Positions 35,846 through 46,111 are shown, numbered from the stretch's first letter. The stretch: 64,000 nt of DNA from SAR202 cluster bacterium (GCA_016872355.1 VGZY01000005.1:6547-70546); one strand, 5' to 3'. Numbers and translations: made by a program. The notes: generated by a model from the letters alone, not told the origin.

Positions 35846-36970
35846 ATGGCTCTAACAGCAGATGTGGTGATCGCAGGGGCCGGGGTGGTCGGGTGCGCGG
35901 CGGCCTACTTCCTGGCGAAGCAGGGCGCCGCGGTAACGGTGGTGGAGGGGCGTGGAATAGCCACCGGGCCGTCAGGATACGCAGTAGGGTCGCTCAACCC
36001 ATTCACGGGCGACGGCATACCGGGTCCGCTGGAGGCGCTGGCAAGGGCGTCTTTCCAGATGCACACGGCCGCCTGGGCGGAGCTTATCGCGGAGTCCGGC
36101 GTGGACTTCAAACCGGTGATGATGCCGCACCTGGAGCTTGCGCTGGACGAGAGCTACGTGCCGGTGCTCCGGGCGCTGCAGGGCCGTCTGGACGGCGACG
36201 GCATGTTCAGGACGCGATGGCTGGAGGCAGAGGAGGTGACTCTGCTGGACGACAGGCTGACGCCGGAGTCGCGCGGCGCGCTGCTGGTGGAGAGCATCGG
36301 CATCCTGGACAGCTATGACTACAACGTGGCGCTGGCGAAGGGGGCCGAGAGACTGGGTGCGAGACTGGTCAAGGCGGAGGCCATTGGGCTTGAGCGACAG
36401 GGTGGACGGGTAACTGCGGTGTCCACAACAGCCGGCCGGATAGATGCGGGGGCGTTCCTGGCGGCTATGGGGACGGAGTCGCGGACGGCGGGAGAGTGGC
36501 TCGGCGTACCGCTGCCCATCGTGTCGCTGAAAGGACAGATCCTGCATCTCAAGGCACCCGGCCGGCGGCTGGGCTACTCCCTGCACGGCGAGATGTCGCT
36601 TGTTCACAAGGCAGACGGCCTCGTCTGGGTGGGTGGGACGGAGGAGCACGGCAAATCGGACATTGCGACCGACCTGGACGGACGGTCGGCGCTGGCGGCG
36701 CAGGTGCGCCGAATGGCGCCCGGACTGGAAATTACAGTAGCTTCGCATACCGCGTGCCTCCGGCCGATGTCGCCTGACCGGCTGCCGGTGATAGGCCCGG
36801 CGCCCAGCTGGGAGAACGCGTACGTCGCTACTGGGGCGGGCAGGAAGGGCGTTCTCCTGGCCCCGGCCATCGGCCGCGCCGTGGCGGATATGGTCACTAA
36901 AGGGAGAACAGACTTGCCTGTGAGCGGGATGCTATTCGTACCTCAGCGCTTCCGCGGGGTATGTCTTTGA
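35846..36970 (+). CDS. FAD-dependent oxidoreductase (DAO / glycine-D-amino-acid oxidase family)
   Basis: DVVIAGAGVVGCAAAYFLAKQG dinucleotide-binding motif. 374 aa. The 3' end overlaps the convergent permease gene by 39 nt. Confidence 0.85.
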   Translation: MALTADVVIAGAGVVGCAAAYFLAKQGAAVTVVEGRGIATGPSGYAVGSLNPFTGDGIPGPLEALARASFQMHTAAWAELIAESGVDFKPVMMPHLELALDESYVPVLRALQGRLDGDGMFRTRWLEAEEVTLLDDRLTPESRGALLVESIGILDSYDYNVALAKGAERLGARLVKAEAIGLERQGGRVTAVSTTAGRIDAGAFLAAMGTESRTAGEWLGVPLPIVSLKGQILHLKAPGRRLGYSLHGEMSLVHKADGLVWVGGTEEHGKSDIATDLDGRSALAAQVRRMAPGLEITVASHTACLRPMSPDRLPVIGPAPSWENAYVATGAGRKGVLLAPAIGRAVADMVTKGRTDLPVSGMLFVPQRFRGVCL

Positions 36971-39900
36971 GGCCTGGCGGGCGGGCATGTAGGTCGCGAT
37001 GACAGAGAAGACCCACGTGAGGCCGAGAATCATCGCTATCTGGAGCCACGGAATGGTGAAGCGGATGTTGTCGGCGCCCTCTTGCGCGCGAATGTCCATT
37101 ACAGCGTTGTAGGATAGGACGATTCCCAGGATGCCGCCGATGACCGTGCCCAGGACTGCGATAAAAGACGACTCCAGCAGGAACGACCACTGGACCATGC
37201 GGCGGCGGTAGCCGATGGCGCGGAGCACCCCGATCTGCTGTCGGCGCTCCACGACGGCGCGGGTGCTGATGACGCCGAGCGCGGCGACGCCGACGAAAAG
37301 TCCGAGGGCCATGAAGCCGGTAAACAGGCGGAAGAATGTCTTGCCGGCGGCGGCGGCCTGGAGAAGCTGCTCCTCGAGAACCACGGCGTCCATGCCGTGT
37401 TCCAGGAACGCCGCCTCGATGGCCTTCGCCGTCGCCGCCCTGTCGACGCCATCCTTCAATCTGAACAGGTGGGTGGTGATGGGTACCGGCGCGGGAAGCA
37501 CGGCGTCCAGTGCCGCCTTTGAGGTTATGATCCCGTGCACGTCGTGAACGCGGTCTATAACGGCGATCACTTTCACGCGGGCCGTGCCGCCGCTGTTCGG
37601 CTCGCGCAGCTCCAGCTCAACGGCTTCCATCCGGCTGTCGTTATAGTACGCGTTGAGCAGGGAGTCATCCTTCCCGCCGGCTGCGGGCGCCTTGCTCTCC
37701 ACCATGTAGCCGCTGACGACTGCGAGGCCGGGGTTATCCGCGATCGCCTGCCATACGTCTATCGCTGCAGGCCCGTAGCCTTCCGCGACCAGCTTAAAGG
37801 TGTATTCGGACTGGCGGAGGAACCCTTGGTCCGCCAGCAGGACTGGCTCACTTTCCCAGCCCTGGGTCTCCGCGCCGGCCCGCCGCGCCTGGACCGGCGC
37901 CCTCGTATAGCCGCCGATCGCTTCGAAGTCGCCCGGGTCCAGTGACGGCTCTGCCGCAATCGCTGCCCGGATGTCCGTCACGGGCGTATTCAGGTTTACC
38001 TCTGCTCCGATATCCCACCCGCCGGTGACGACGTCCGGCTCTGAGAACTGCGTGCTAAACGTCTCCGTCAGTACGGACATCACCATCAGGGTGAAAACGA
38101 CCAGCGCAAACATTGCAAGGGTGAGGCCGGTGCGGAACTTGGCGCTCATGGGATATGCGACGGCGGTAGTGAGGACTGGGCGCAGCCTGCCCACGCCGCG
38201 CGTGGCCGATGTGAACGCCTTCATGAGGATGTCGGCGTTGTACATGACCGTCCAGACCGCTGCGGCCACCATGGCAATGCCCGAAACGAACATCACGTTG
38301 AAGTTGCCTTCCAGCTTGCCCGTGACCGGCTCGAAAAAGCCAAGCGGGAGCACCCAATACAGGAGCAGGGCCAGGCCAGTGAGCGTGAACGCCAGGCGAT
38401 CACGCGCCTCCGGGCACATACTGGTGCGCTTCAGCGCCACGCGAAGGAGCAGCCCCATGCCGATCAGCATCAGCGAGACGCCCGAGCCGAACCAGGCCAC
38501 CTGCTTCCATGTGGTCACGGTCATGTACGCAATTGCCGTGCCGGCGAGGAACGTGAGCCAGCCGCGAAGGAGGTACGTCCACACGAACTTGAAAAGGCCG
38601 ATTGCGATGTCTGCTATCCACAGCGGGAAGGCGACAACCCAGAGAACGGCCCTGGCGGCGTTCAGGAGTGCCGCGCCCGGGCGCTTCCTGAGCAGGGCAG
38701 TGACCGCCTTCCAGAGGAAATAGACCGGCCGGACGAGCGCCCGCAGGAATGAAAAGAGGCGCGAGCGGAACCGGGGTTCTTTGGGGGCGGCGAGCGCCTC
38801 CGGGAGGCCGCGGATCGCGACGACGATATTCAGCCTGCTGACCCTGTACGCGGAGAATGCCACCGTCGCGAGAGTAATGACCATGCCAAGACAGTACGCG
38901 ACGACGATGCTGCGGGGCTCGAAGTGGACGGTGAGGCTGAAGTTCTCGCCGATGTCCTCCGCCAGGGAATTGATGACGCGGATGCCGACGGCGCTCACCG
39001 CCAGCCCGAGCGCGACGCCTACTGCCGCGGAGACTACGGCGTAAGCCGCGCCCTCGAATATGAACATCAGCACCAGGTGCCTGCGCTTTGCGCCGACCGC
39101 GCGCGCCATGCCCATTTCCGACTTCCGCGCGGCCGCGAGGAGAACGAAGATCAGGAAGATCAGCAGGATCCCGACCATGATGGAGAAGAGGCTGAATGTG
39201 ATGAAGATGGTCGTCACCACGCTGCCGGCCTCGTCGGCCTCCCTGAGCACGTTCTGCTTGATGTTCAGCACGCGCATCTCGGACAGCCGGTCCATGAGGA
39301 TGGCGACTGCCGTCCCGGTGGAGCCCATGTCGCTGTCGAACAGGGAAGACAGGACGAATTGCACAACCGGCGCGTCGCCGAGCAGGCTGACGAGCTCGTC
39401 GCTTACACCGTCCTTCTGAATCTCCGCGATCAGCGAGTCAACGTCCGTCCGTAGCTCGCCCTCCAGCGGCGTGGCCTTCTCCTGGAGCATGCGCAGTGTG
39501 TCCGGCGTGTTAAGGCCTCTTTTGATCTCGCCGGCCACGTCGCGGTTGCTGAACACCAGGCGCAGATCGCGCGAGACCTCGCGGCCTAGCTCTGCGCCCT
39601 CCAGCACGCCCCCACGGTTGGATACGAGGAGGGAATTGATCTGCCCGATCTTCGTGAACATCCGCTGCATGTGTTCCAGCGGCATCACGATTGTTGGCTC
39701 ACGGCCGGCGATGCCGCCACGTTCTATGATGTCGCGGACGGTGACGTTGACCTGGAGATCGTTGAGGAAGAGGCGGATTACATCGCCCTTCTCAATATCC
39801 AGCGACTCCGCGGCGGGCCGGTTTACGAAGACCTGGCCTTCCGGCACAGCCCCGATGTCAGCCGGGCCGCCGGCCGTCGAAAGCAGGTCCCCGAAGCCGC

Positions 39901-40396
39901 CCATGTGCGCCGGGTCGATGCCGACGACGTTCATGCCCGGCTCGGTCTGGGAAGACCGCACCGCCAGCGCGGGGACGGACTCCGCAAGCTGCGGCATCAT
40001 CCCGTCGATGCGGCTATCCCCCGCGAACCGGTCGCGTACGTTCTCAAACTGCGTGTAGGGGATGTAGGTGCGGCCGAAGACCGCGCCGCCGCCGCCGGAG
40101 CGGGCGGGGAGAACGATCTCGTCGATATTTTGGAGGCCGGTGATCGCCTCCTTGCGGATGGAGTAGCTCAGGGTGTCGCCCGTCCCGAAGGCGGCGGACA
40201 TGATGACTGTGCTGAGCATCACGCCGATGATGATCAGCGCAGTCATGCCGGGCCGGCGGGGGATGTTACGCAGCGCCATCTTTACCATGACGGGGTTGCG
40301 GACCGCCAGGTACACGATGGCCAGCATCGCCGCGGCGAACAGCGCCAGCAGCACGGCCATGAGCGTATCCATGGGGATGAAGAAGAGCTTCTCCAA
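36932..40396 (-). CDS. ABC transporter permease with duplicated FtsX domains (1154 aa)
   Basis: Two FtsX-type TM bundles separated by large extracytoplasmic regions and additional TMs. Ends ...YPAEALRYE like MacB-type permeases. Confidence 0.85.
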   Translation of the reverse strand: MEKLFFIPMDTLMAVLLALFAAAMLAIVYLAVRNPVMVKMALRNIPRRPGMTALIIIGVMLSTVIMSAAFGTGDTLSYSIRKEAITGLQNIDEIVLPARSGGGGAVFGRTYIPYTQFENVRDRFAGDSRIDGMMPQLAESVPALAVRSSQTEPGMNVVGIDPAHMGGFGDLLSTAGGPADIGAVPEGQVFVNRPAAESLDIEKGDVIRLFLNDLQVNVTVRDIIERGGIAGREPTIVMPLEHMQRMFTKIGQINSLLVSNRGGVLEGAELGREVSRDLRLVFSNRDVAGEIKRGLNTPDTLRMLQEKATPLEGELRTDVDSLIAEIQKDGVSDELVSLLGDAPVVQFVLSSLFDSDMGSTGTAVAILMDRLSEMRVLNIKQNVLREADEAGSVVTTIFITFSLFSIMVGILLIFLIFVLLAAARKSEMGMARAVGAKRRHLVLMFIFEGAAYAVVSAAVGVALGLAVSAVGIRVINSLAEDIGENFSLTVHFEPRSIVVAYCLGMVITLATVAFSAYRVSRLNIVVAIRGLPEALAAPKEPRFRSRLFSFLRALVRPVYFLWKAVTALLRKRPGAALLNAARAVLWVVAFPLWIADIAIGLFKFVWTYLLRGWLTFLAGTAIAYMTVTTWKQVAWFGSGVSLMLIGMGLLLRVALKRTSMCPEARDRLAFTLTGLALLLYWVLPLGFFEPVTGKLEGNFNVMFVSGIAMVAAAVWTVMYNADILMKAFTSATRGVGRLRPVLTTAVAYPMSAKFRTGLTLAMFALVVFTLMVMSVLTETFSTQFSEPDVVTGGWDIGAEVNLNTPVTDIRAAIAAEPSLDPGDFEAIGGYTRAPVQARRAGAETQGWESEPVLLADQGFLRQSEYTFKLVAEGYGPAAIDVWQAIADNPGLAVVSGYMVESKAPAAGGKDDSLLNAYYNDSRMEAVELELREPNSGGTARVKVIAVIDRVHDVHGIITSKAALDAVLPAPVPITTHLFRLKDGVDRAATAKAIEAAFLEHGMDAVVLEEQLLQAAAAGKTFFRLFTGFMALGLFVGVAALGVISTRAVVERRQQIGVLRAIGYRRRMVQWSFLLESSFIAVLGTVIGGILGIVLSYNAVMDIRAQEGADNIRFTIPWLQIAMILGLTWVFSVIATYMPARQASKTYPAEALRYE

Positions 40397-40399
40397 TGC

Positions 40400-41164
40400 T
40401 TATGACCCCTGACGCCTGTTGCCGGCGCGCGCGCCGTCCTCGGAGACCCCGTTGGCCGGACCCGGCCCGGCGGCGCGGCCCTTCCCGTCGTCCACCACCA
40501 GGCCGTCGCGCATTCTAACGATGCGGTTGGCGGCCTCGCCCACCTCTCGGGCGTGGGTCACAATCACGAACGTCTCACCGTTGTCGCGGTTCAGGCCGAT
40601 CATAAGCGCCATGATCTCCTGCGCCGTCTCGCTGTCAAGGTCGCCGGTGGGCTCGTCCGCCCACACGATAGCGGGGTCGTTGACGAGCGCGCGGGCGATG
40701 GTGACTCGCTGGCGCTGGCCGCCTGAGAGCTCGCCCGGGTAGTGGCTGCCTCTGTCAGAGAGGCCCACGCGGTCCAGCATGTCCTTCGCCTTGCGGCGCG
40801 CCACCGACGGGCTTGTGCCTGAGAGCAGGAGCGGCATCTCTACGTTCTCAATCGCGGAGAGCACCGGAAACAGGTTGTAGAGCTGGAATACAAAGCCCAT
40901 GCGCCGGGCGCGGTAGTCGCTCCGCTCATCGTCGCCCATGCCGTGAAGGTTGACGCCTTCGATGAGCGCCAGGCCTGAGTCTATCTCGTCCAGCCCGGAC
41001 AGGCAGTTCAGCAGCGTCGTCTTCCCGCATCCGGACGGACCCATGATTGCCACCATTTCCCCGCGGTCGATCTTCAGATCGACGCCGCGAAGGGCGTGGA
41101 CCTTTACCTTGCCGGTGTCGTAGGTCTTCTTGATGTCTGTAGCGTCCACGATCAGCTCTGTCAT
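40400..41164 (-). CDS. ABC transporter ATP-binding protein (MacB/LolD type)
   Basis: [35 protein letters not shown]. The stop lies 3 nt before the permease start. Confidence 0.95.
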   Translation of the reverse strand: MTELIVDATDIKKTYDTGKVKVHALRGVDLKIDRGEMVAIMGPSGCGKTTLLNCLSGLDEIDSGLALIEGVNLHGMGDDERSDYRARRMGFVFQLYNLFPVLSAIENVEMPLLLSGTSPSVARRKAKDMLDRVGLSDRGSHYPGELSGGQRQRVTIARALVNDPAIVWADEPTGDLDSETAQEIMALMIGLNRDNGETFVIVTHAREVGEAANRIVRMRDGLVVDDGKGRAAGPGPANGVSEDGARAGNRRQGS

Positions 41165-41191
41165 ATGCCCCTCTGTCGATGCCTGGTTGAA

Positions 41192-41221
41192 TTATGCGCA
41201 TATATATGCGTGTAAGTCAAC
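41192..41221 (-). promoter_or_regulatory. Putative sigma-70 promoter of the ABC operon with an embedded palindrome
   Basis: Minus strand TTGACT - 18 nt - CATAAT. The spacer contains the perfect palindrome CGCATATATATGCG (41198-41211). Confidence 0.4.
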
Positions 41222-41334
41222 CAGAGCGCTGCGGGCGAGTGCAGGTAGAGTCCTGTTTCCTATGTGGCCGCAGCGCCTCCGGTAATGATAGCAGAGGAGT
41301 GGTAAGTGATTTGAAAGATGTGAACAGAAGCGGT

Positions 41335-41363
41335 TTGACAATCAACTGCGATATGGGGATAAT
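41335..41363 (+). promoter_or_regulatory. Putative sigma-70 promoter
   Basis: TTGACA - 17 nt - GATAAT, followed by SD AAGGAGG and ATG 41397. Confidence 0.55.
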
Positions 41364-41396
41364 GCCGACGAAAAGCGTTCATAAGGAGGTTGTATC

Positions 41397-41735
41397 ATGG
41401 TAGTTCAGTCAACGGAAACGCCGTCTCAGCCAAGTGTGTCGTACCCGGTGCGACTTGAAGCGGAGTACCAGGAGACCTATTCGCGCGGCCTGGCATTGCT
41501 TGGCGCGCTGGTCTTTCTAAAGGCGCTGCTACTGATACCGCACCTGGTGATCCTGTACATTCTTGGCATTGCGTCGGCGGTGCTGGCGTGGGTTGGTTAC
41601 CTGGTCATCCTGTTCACCGGCAAGCAGCCGAGAGGCGTCTACCACTTCAACCTCGGCGTCCTGCGGTGGCAGACGCGCACGACGGCGTGGCTGCTGAGCA
41701 TCTCCGATAAATACCCGCCGTTCACGATGAAGTAG
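41397..41735 (+). CDS. DUF4389-like small membrane protein
   Basis: Two TM helices (LIPHLVILYILGIASAVLAWVGYLVILFTGK) and C-terminal SDKYPPF motif. Confidence 0.7.
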   Translation: MVVQSTETPSQPSVSYPVRLEAEYQETYSRGLALLGALVFLKALLLIPHLVILYILGIASAVLAWVGYLVILFTGKQPRGVYHFNLGVLRWQTRTTAWLLSISDKYPPFTMK

Positions 41736-41780
41736 GCGCGGTAGCCAACGGGCCACATAAGAGAGGGCTCTTGAGACGGG

Positions 41781-41812
41781 CGGCAGCGTAAAACGGGCAG
41801 TTTACGCTGCCG
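41781..41812 (+). terminator. Perfect 12-bp hairpin after the DUF4389 gene
   Basis: CGGCAGCGTAAA - ACGGGCAG - TTTACGCTGCCG. No downstream T-tract. Confidence 0.4.
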
Positions 41813-41830
41813 GACATGGTCGTGCCAGCT

Positions 41831-41859
41831 TTGACAATGGTGTTTGCTCAGAGTATCTT
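41831..41859 (+). promoter_or_regulatory. Putative sigma-70 promoter
   Basis: TTGACA - 17 nt - TATCTT, upstream of ATG 41918. Confidence 0.4.
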
Positions 41860-41917
41860 TCAGAAGTCTGTCGCAATACTTGTTAAGTTCGCACTCCCAG
41901 GAGCGCCTGATAATCTC

Positions 41918-43171
41918 ATGAGCAAGCTTTATTACACTGAGTCCGGCCGTTTCCTGCCGGCGCTTGGCGAAGAGCTGACAACGTTTCGCCGCGCCCGAAA
42001 AGTCCTGACCCTGCCGAAGACATCGAAGCCTGCCCGCCTCTTTTTTATCCCGCGACCATACGAAGACTCAAACGCGCCGCTGCGCCTTTCTGTGAACGGC
42101 AAAGAGCTCGCGCCCATCGTCAAGCAGCCGAGCAGGATCGTGTACCAGTGGCATGCCGTCACTCTTGAGCCGGGGCTCCTCAGGGCAGGGGAGAACGTTT
42201 TCGAGTTCTGGTGCGATGCGACCGCGATGAACGGCTGGGCGCTGGCGATGGAGGGGGGCTTTGCCAACCCCGCGAGCTTCACCACAGACGACGGCGGGGC
42301 AAACTGGCGCAACCACCACATGTCATACCTTAATGTGGACAGGGGCGAATACCTTGTCCGCGTGCGCCTTGAAGAGGGCGAAGACCCCGCGCCGCCGCCG
42401 ATGGTCTACGAGGACCCTGCCAATCCCAGGCTGGCCTCCTATCGCAAGCTGTTCCCGGCCGAGGCGCTGGAGCCCGGCCCGATACTGAAGCGCGTCCGCG
42501 CCCTGAGCACGTGGATTGCGAACAGCTGGGAGCACACGGCGGCAGGGCCCGGACTGGGCACGGTGCCGATGCCGTGGGACCCGGAGACGATACACGCCTG
42601 GGCGTCCATGGAAAAAGGCCACGCCGGTCAGAGGCCGATCGCGAATTGCATCTTCTACGGCGTGACGTTCGCCGCGGCATGCCAGGCCCTCGGTATCCCC
42701 GCCCGTTGCTCTATCTTTTCAGACAAGCCGGCCGGGGGTGGCGGGCACTTCACGGCAGAGTACTGGTCCAATGAGCATGAGAAATGGTGCATGGTGGACC
42801 CGAACTTCGACGCCATGTTCCTGCGCAACGGCGTCCCGCTCTCAGTGACCGAGCTACAGGACACCCGCAAGACCGTGAACGACGTTACTGAGTACGGCCC
42901 GGGCGCTGAGCGCCACAGGCAGAACCCCAGGACCATGTACTGGTTCGACGACGGCAGCCGCCGGGCGCGGTCTATCAACCACCGGTCCGTCTGGTACCGC
43001 TCGGACATCCTCTCCCACCCTGAGTTCAACCCGGCCGCCCACGGCGCGGGTGTGATGTACTCAGAAACGGGAATCGTCTGGGAGCAGCGCGACATGGAGA
43101 CTTGGCCGATGTTCCCATACTTCGGGGACCGCGATTACTTCGACGCGCCTCCGAGGGGTTTCGGCAAGTAG
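41918..43171 (+). CDS. Transglutaminase-like (papain-fold Cys-His-Asp) domain protein
   Basis: Trimmed to ATG 41918. Core NCIFYGVTFAAACQALGIPAR...GHFTAEYW...WCMVDPNFD matches the transglutaminase-like Cys/His/Asp arrangement. No signal peptide. Confidence 0.7.
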   Translation: MSKLYYTESGRFLPALGEELTTFRRARKVLTLPKTSKPARLFFIPRPYEDSNAPLRLSVNGKELAPIVKQPSRIVYQWHAVTLEPGLLRAGENVFEFWCDATAMNGWALAMEGGFANPASFTTDDGGANWRNHHMSYLNVDRGEYLVRVRLEEGEDPAPPPMVYEDPANPRLASYRKLFPAEALEPGPILKRVRALSTWIANSWEHTAAGPGLGTVPMPWDPETIHAWASMEKGHAGQRPIANCIFYGVTFAAACQALGIPARCSIFSDKPAGGGGHFTAEYWSNEHEKWCMVDPNFDAMFLRNGVPLSVTELQDTRKTVNDVTEYGPGAERHRQNPRTMYWFDDGSRRARSINHRSVWYRSDILSHPEFNPAAHGAGVMYSETGIVWEQRDMETWPMFPYFGDRDYFDAPPRGFGK

Positions 43172-43280
43172 GCGCTATGCCATTAGTCCTAAGAGCCGGT
43201 ATGGCGTTCGTACATAGCTGGTATCATCAGTGAATGGCGCACTTGCCTGTAACCTATCCAACGGACGGCTTTGAAACGCG

Positions 43281-43943
43281 ATGAGCGACCTTTTTCACGA
43301 GCTTTCAGACTGGCTTGCCGGTGTCGCGGACAGCGACTGGGCTATTGCGGTGCTTGGGTTGGCCTCGTTCATAGAGGCGATATTCTTCCCAATCCCGCCG
43401 GACCCCCTGATGCTCGGGATCGCGGTGCTGCGCCCCGGCATCAGCATCTGGCTTGGCGTGTGGGTTACGGCAACGTCCGTACTCGGCGCGCTCGTGGGCT
43501 ACTGGGTGGGCAAGAAGCTCGGCAGGCCCGTGCTCTTGAAGTTCTTCTCCGAGAGCAAGATCAGCAAGGTAGAGGCGCTGTACCAGAAGTACGGCATGTG
43601 GGCGACGCTCATCGCCGCCTTCACGCCCATACCTTACAAGGTCTTCGCCATTACGGCGGGCGTGTTGCGGCTTGACCGCCGCACTTTCGTAATTGCCTCA
43701 ATTATCGGTCGCGGCGCGCGGTTTATCACACTTGGCGTGCTTATCTACTTCTTCGGCGAGTCGATCGAGAAGTTCGTGATAGATAACTTTGAAATACTGA
43801 CCGTCGCCGTGACAGTGCTAGTGCTGGCGCTTGCTGCGGCATATGTGCTGTTCAGCCGCCGCGGCAAGGCGAATAAGCGCAAGGCAGAGGAAGCCGCCGC
43901 GCATGGCGCGCCGGCCTCCGGCCAGACCACCGAGCCAGGGTGA
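43281..43943 (+). CDS. DedA/YqaA (VTT-domain) family membrane protein
   Basis: SFIEAIFFPIPPDPLML, AAFTPIPYKVFAITAG motifs. Confidence 0.8.
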   Translation: MSDLFHELSDWLAGVADSDWAIAVLGLASFIEAIFFPIPPDPLMLGIAVLRPGISIWLGVWVTATSVLGALVGYWVGKKLGRPVLLKFFSESKISKVEALYQKYGMWATLIAAFTPIPYKVFAITAGVLRLDRRTFVIASIIGRGARFITLGVLIYFFGESIEKFVIDNFEILTVAVTVLVLALAAAYVLFSRRGKANKRKAEEAAAHGAPASGQTTEPG

Positions 43944-43950
43944 CTTCGCT

Positions 43951-44508
43951 CTAAAGGTTCTCCACGCCGGTGAGCGTCTGCCGGGCCGGTTTTGCCCCGG
44001 ATGGGGCCACCCTGCGCCGGGTGCTTGTGCCGGTGTCTGCCGCTATGGACGGCTCCCCCGCTGCAGCGCCGGCCTGCCGGGCGAGCGCAAGCTGGTCGGT
44101 GAGGCCCCAGTGCTCGATGATCTTCCCGTGGGAAAAGCGGACGATATCGATGCCTGGAATCGAGGTCCTGTTTCCGCTGGCACTGAGCCCCAGGAAATCC
44201 CCACTGTGCGTTCCTCGGAACGTCACTCTCGCCACAACCTTGTCCCTGTCGGCGATCATGTCCTCCACGGTGACGTACAGGTCCGGGAAGGCAGCATGCA
44301 TCGCCCGCACCAGCGATTTGAAGCCTTCCCTGCCGGGGTCGAAGCCCGGGAACACTTCGTGCTCGTACATGTCGGCGTGGACGTACTCATCAGCGGCGTC
44401 AATGTTCCGGCCGTTGAATACCTCCTGGTACAGGCCGTGAAGCCTTGAAATGTTGTTATCCCTCGAAACGACCCGCTTTCTTTGCTGCGCTCCCCACACG
44501 ATAGCCAT
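43951..44508 (-). CDS. SnoaL-like ester cyclase family protein
   Basis: FPDLYVTVEDMIADRDKVVARVTFRGTHSGDFLG..SGN...PGIDIVRFSHGKIIEHW. Confidence 0.8.
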   Translation of the reverse strand: MAIVWGAQQRKRVVSRDNNISRLHGLYQEVFNGRNIDAADEYVHADMYEHEVFPGFDPGREGFKSLVRAMHAAFPDLYVTVEDMIADRDKVVARVTFRGTHSGDFLGLSASGNRTSIPGIDIVRFSHGKIIEHWGLTDQLALARQAGAAAGEPSIAADTGTSTRRRVAPSGAKPARQTLTGVENL

Positions 44509-44625
44509 GCCGCCCTCCTCAGCGTCGGATTGTGGCGCGGCGCCCGCAAAATGCCCAAAGCGCCGCAGTTTCTGAGGAAAGAATAGGTGGTGCTCGTTGC
44601 GGCAGAATCCCCCTTTCGGGTGATT

Positions 44626-45918
44626 CTAGGCGGCGCGGGCCGAGTCCGGCTTCTTTACCGTGACCTTCTCGATCCTGGGCCCGCGGGTCTGTGAGACCAC
44701 GAACGTCAGGGCGCCGTAGCTCAGGCGGTCGCCTTTGGATGGGATACTGCCAAGCTCACTCATCACAAAGCCGGCTACCGTCTCGTACTCCCCGTCCGGA
44801 ATTTCGAGATTCAGCATCTCATTCAGCTCGTCGATGCGCATCGATCCGTCGATCTGGAACTCCGTATCGCTGACAGGGCGCACAGTCTCTTCCGCCCCTT
44901 CCTGTCGTGACTGTCCGACGATCTCGCCCACGAGCTGCTTGTACGTAACCATCCCGGCGATGCCGCCGAACTCATCGACGACGACCCCGGTGCTCATGCC
45001 GTTCTGGCGCATCTCGTGGAGAAGCTCCAGTACCTCCTTGGTCTCAGGGACAAAATAGGCCGGGTGAGCGTACCTTTCGATAGGGCCGGCAGGGTCAATT
45101 GCGCCCTGGCCGCTTGCTTTGACGAACTCCTTGACGGACAACATCCCGACCATGTTGTCCACGCTCCCGTCGCAGACGGGGAAGTGGCTGAAGTACTGGT
45201 GGGAGTTGAACATAAGGAATTCGGCTACCGTCATTCTGCGGTCTATCCACACAATCTTTGAGCGGCGAGTCATGATATCCCCCACATGGCGGCCGCCGGC
45301 CCGGAAGACCCTCAGGAGCATATATGCCTCGGTGTCCTGTACCGCGCCGGTGCGGCGGCCGTGGGAGATGAGCGACTTGATCTCCTCCTCGGTAATGCCC
45401 GGCTCAGGGTTTTGCTTTATCCCCAGAATGCGCAGCGCCAGGTGAGTGGTAACGCTGAGCACGGCGGCGACCGGGGCGAACAGCTTTGCGACGAGCATCA
45501 TGGGGCGTGAGAGCGCGGATGCGATGGTCTCCGGGTGGCTTAGCGCGAGCTGCTTGGGCACGAGCTCTCCGATAATTAGAGAGGCGAAGACGATCACCGC
45601 GACAACAACGGCGAAGGCGATCTCTTCGTTGTAGGCGCCAACGTACGGCAGGCCTGCGAGCGCGGGGCTAATGTCTTCTGCGATTCGCGCTCCGCCGAAG
45701 GCGCCTGAGAGGATGCCGATTAGAGTAATACCAATCTGTACAGTGGAGAGGAAGCGTGTGGGGGACTGGCCAAGTATCAGGGCAGCCAGCGCACCTTGAT
45801 CGCCCTGGTCGGCGCGGTGCTGTAGCTTCGTCCTGCGGGCGGACACTACCGCGAACTCCGCCATGGAGAATACGCCATTGGCGAGGATCAGTACAGCGAT
45901 GATACCGACTTCAAACAT
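44626..45918 (-). CDS. Hemolysin/CNNM family protein (DUF21-CBS pair-CorC_HlyC)
   Basis: Trimmed to ATG 45918 (AGGAG upstream). LANGVFSMAEFAVVSARR DUF21 motif, CBS pair, C-terminal transporter-associated domain. Confidence 0.9.
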   Translation of the reverse strand: MFEVGIIAVLILANGVFSMAEFAVVSARRTKLQHRADQGDQGALAALILGQSPTRFLSTVQIGITLIGILSGAFGGARIAEDISPALAGLPYVGAYNEEIAFAVVVAVIVFASLIIGELVPKQLALSHPETIASALSRPMMLVAKLFAPVAAVLSVTTHLALRILGIKQNPEPGITEEEIKSLISHGRRTGAVQDTEAYMLLRVFRAGGRHVGDIMTRRSKIVWIDRRMTVAEFLMFNSHQYFSHFPVCDGSVDNMVGMLSVKEFVKASGQGAIDPAGPIERYAHPAYFVPETKEVLELLHEMRQNGMSTGVVVDEFGGIAGMVTYKQLVGEIVGQSRQEGAEETVRPVSDTEFQIDGSMRIDELNEMLNLEIPDGEYETVAGFVMSELGSIPSKGDRLSYGALTFVVSQTRGPRIEKVTVKKPDSARAA

Positions 45919-46102
45919 GCGAGGAGGCTCCTGGGTGCTCTCCCCGAGACAGGCAGAGCGCCCAGGCCATTCTAGCACCTGAGGGCATTTGGCCGTACGG
46001 CTTCCAGGAGCCTATTCCAGGAAAAACCCACGCGAGCCACCCAGAATGAACTCTGGAAGGATGCATTGCCGCTGCGATCGTCGCCGTCCGTGGAGTGAGT
46101 TG

Positions 46103-46111
46103 TGGTAGAAT
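46103..46111 (+). promoter_or_regulatory. Extended -10 promoter element
   Basis: TGgTAGAAT. No good -35 element. Confidence 0.4.

Noticed and set aside
36932-36970. 39-nt overlap of the convergent 3' ends of the FAD oxidoreductase and the 1154-aa permease, considered as possible antisense regulation.
   Set aside because: Short convergent overlaps are common in compact GC-rich genomes. Nothing in the sequence (no hairpin, no conserved motif) suggests a specific mechanism.
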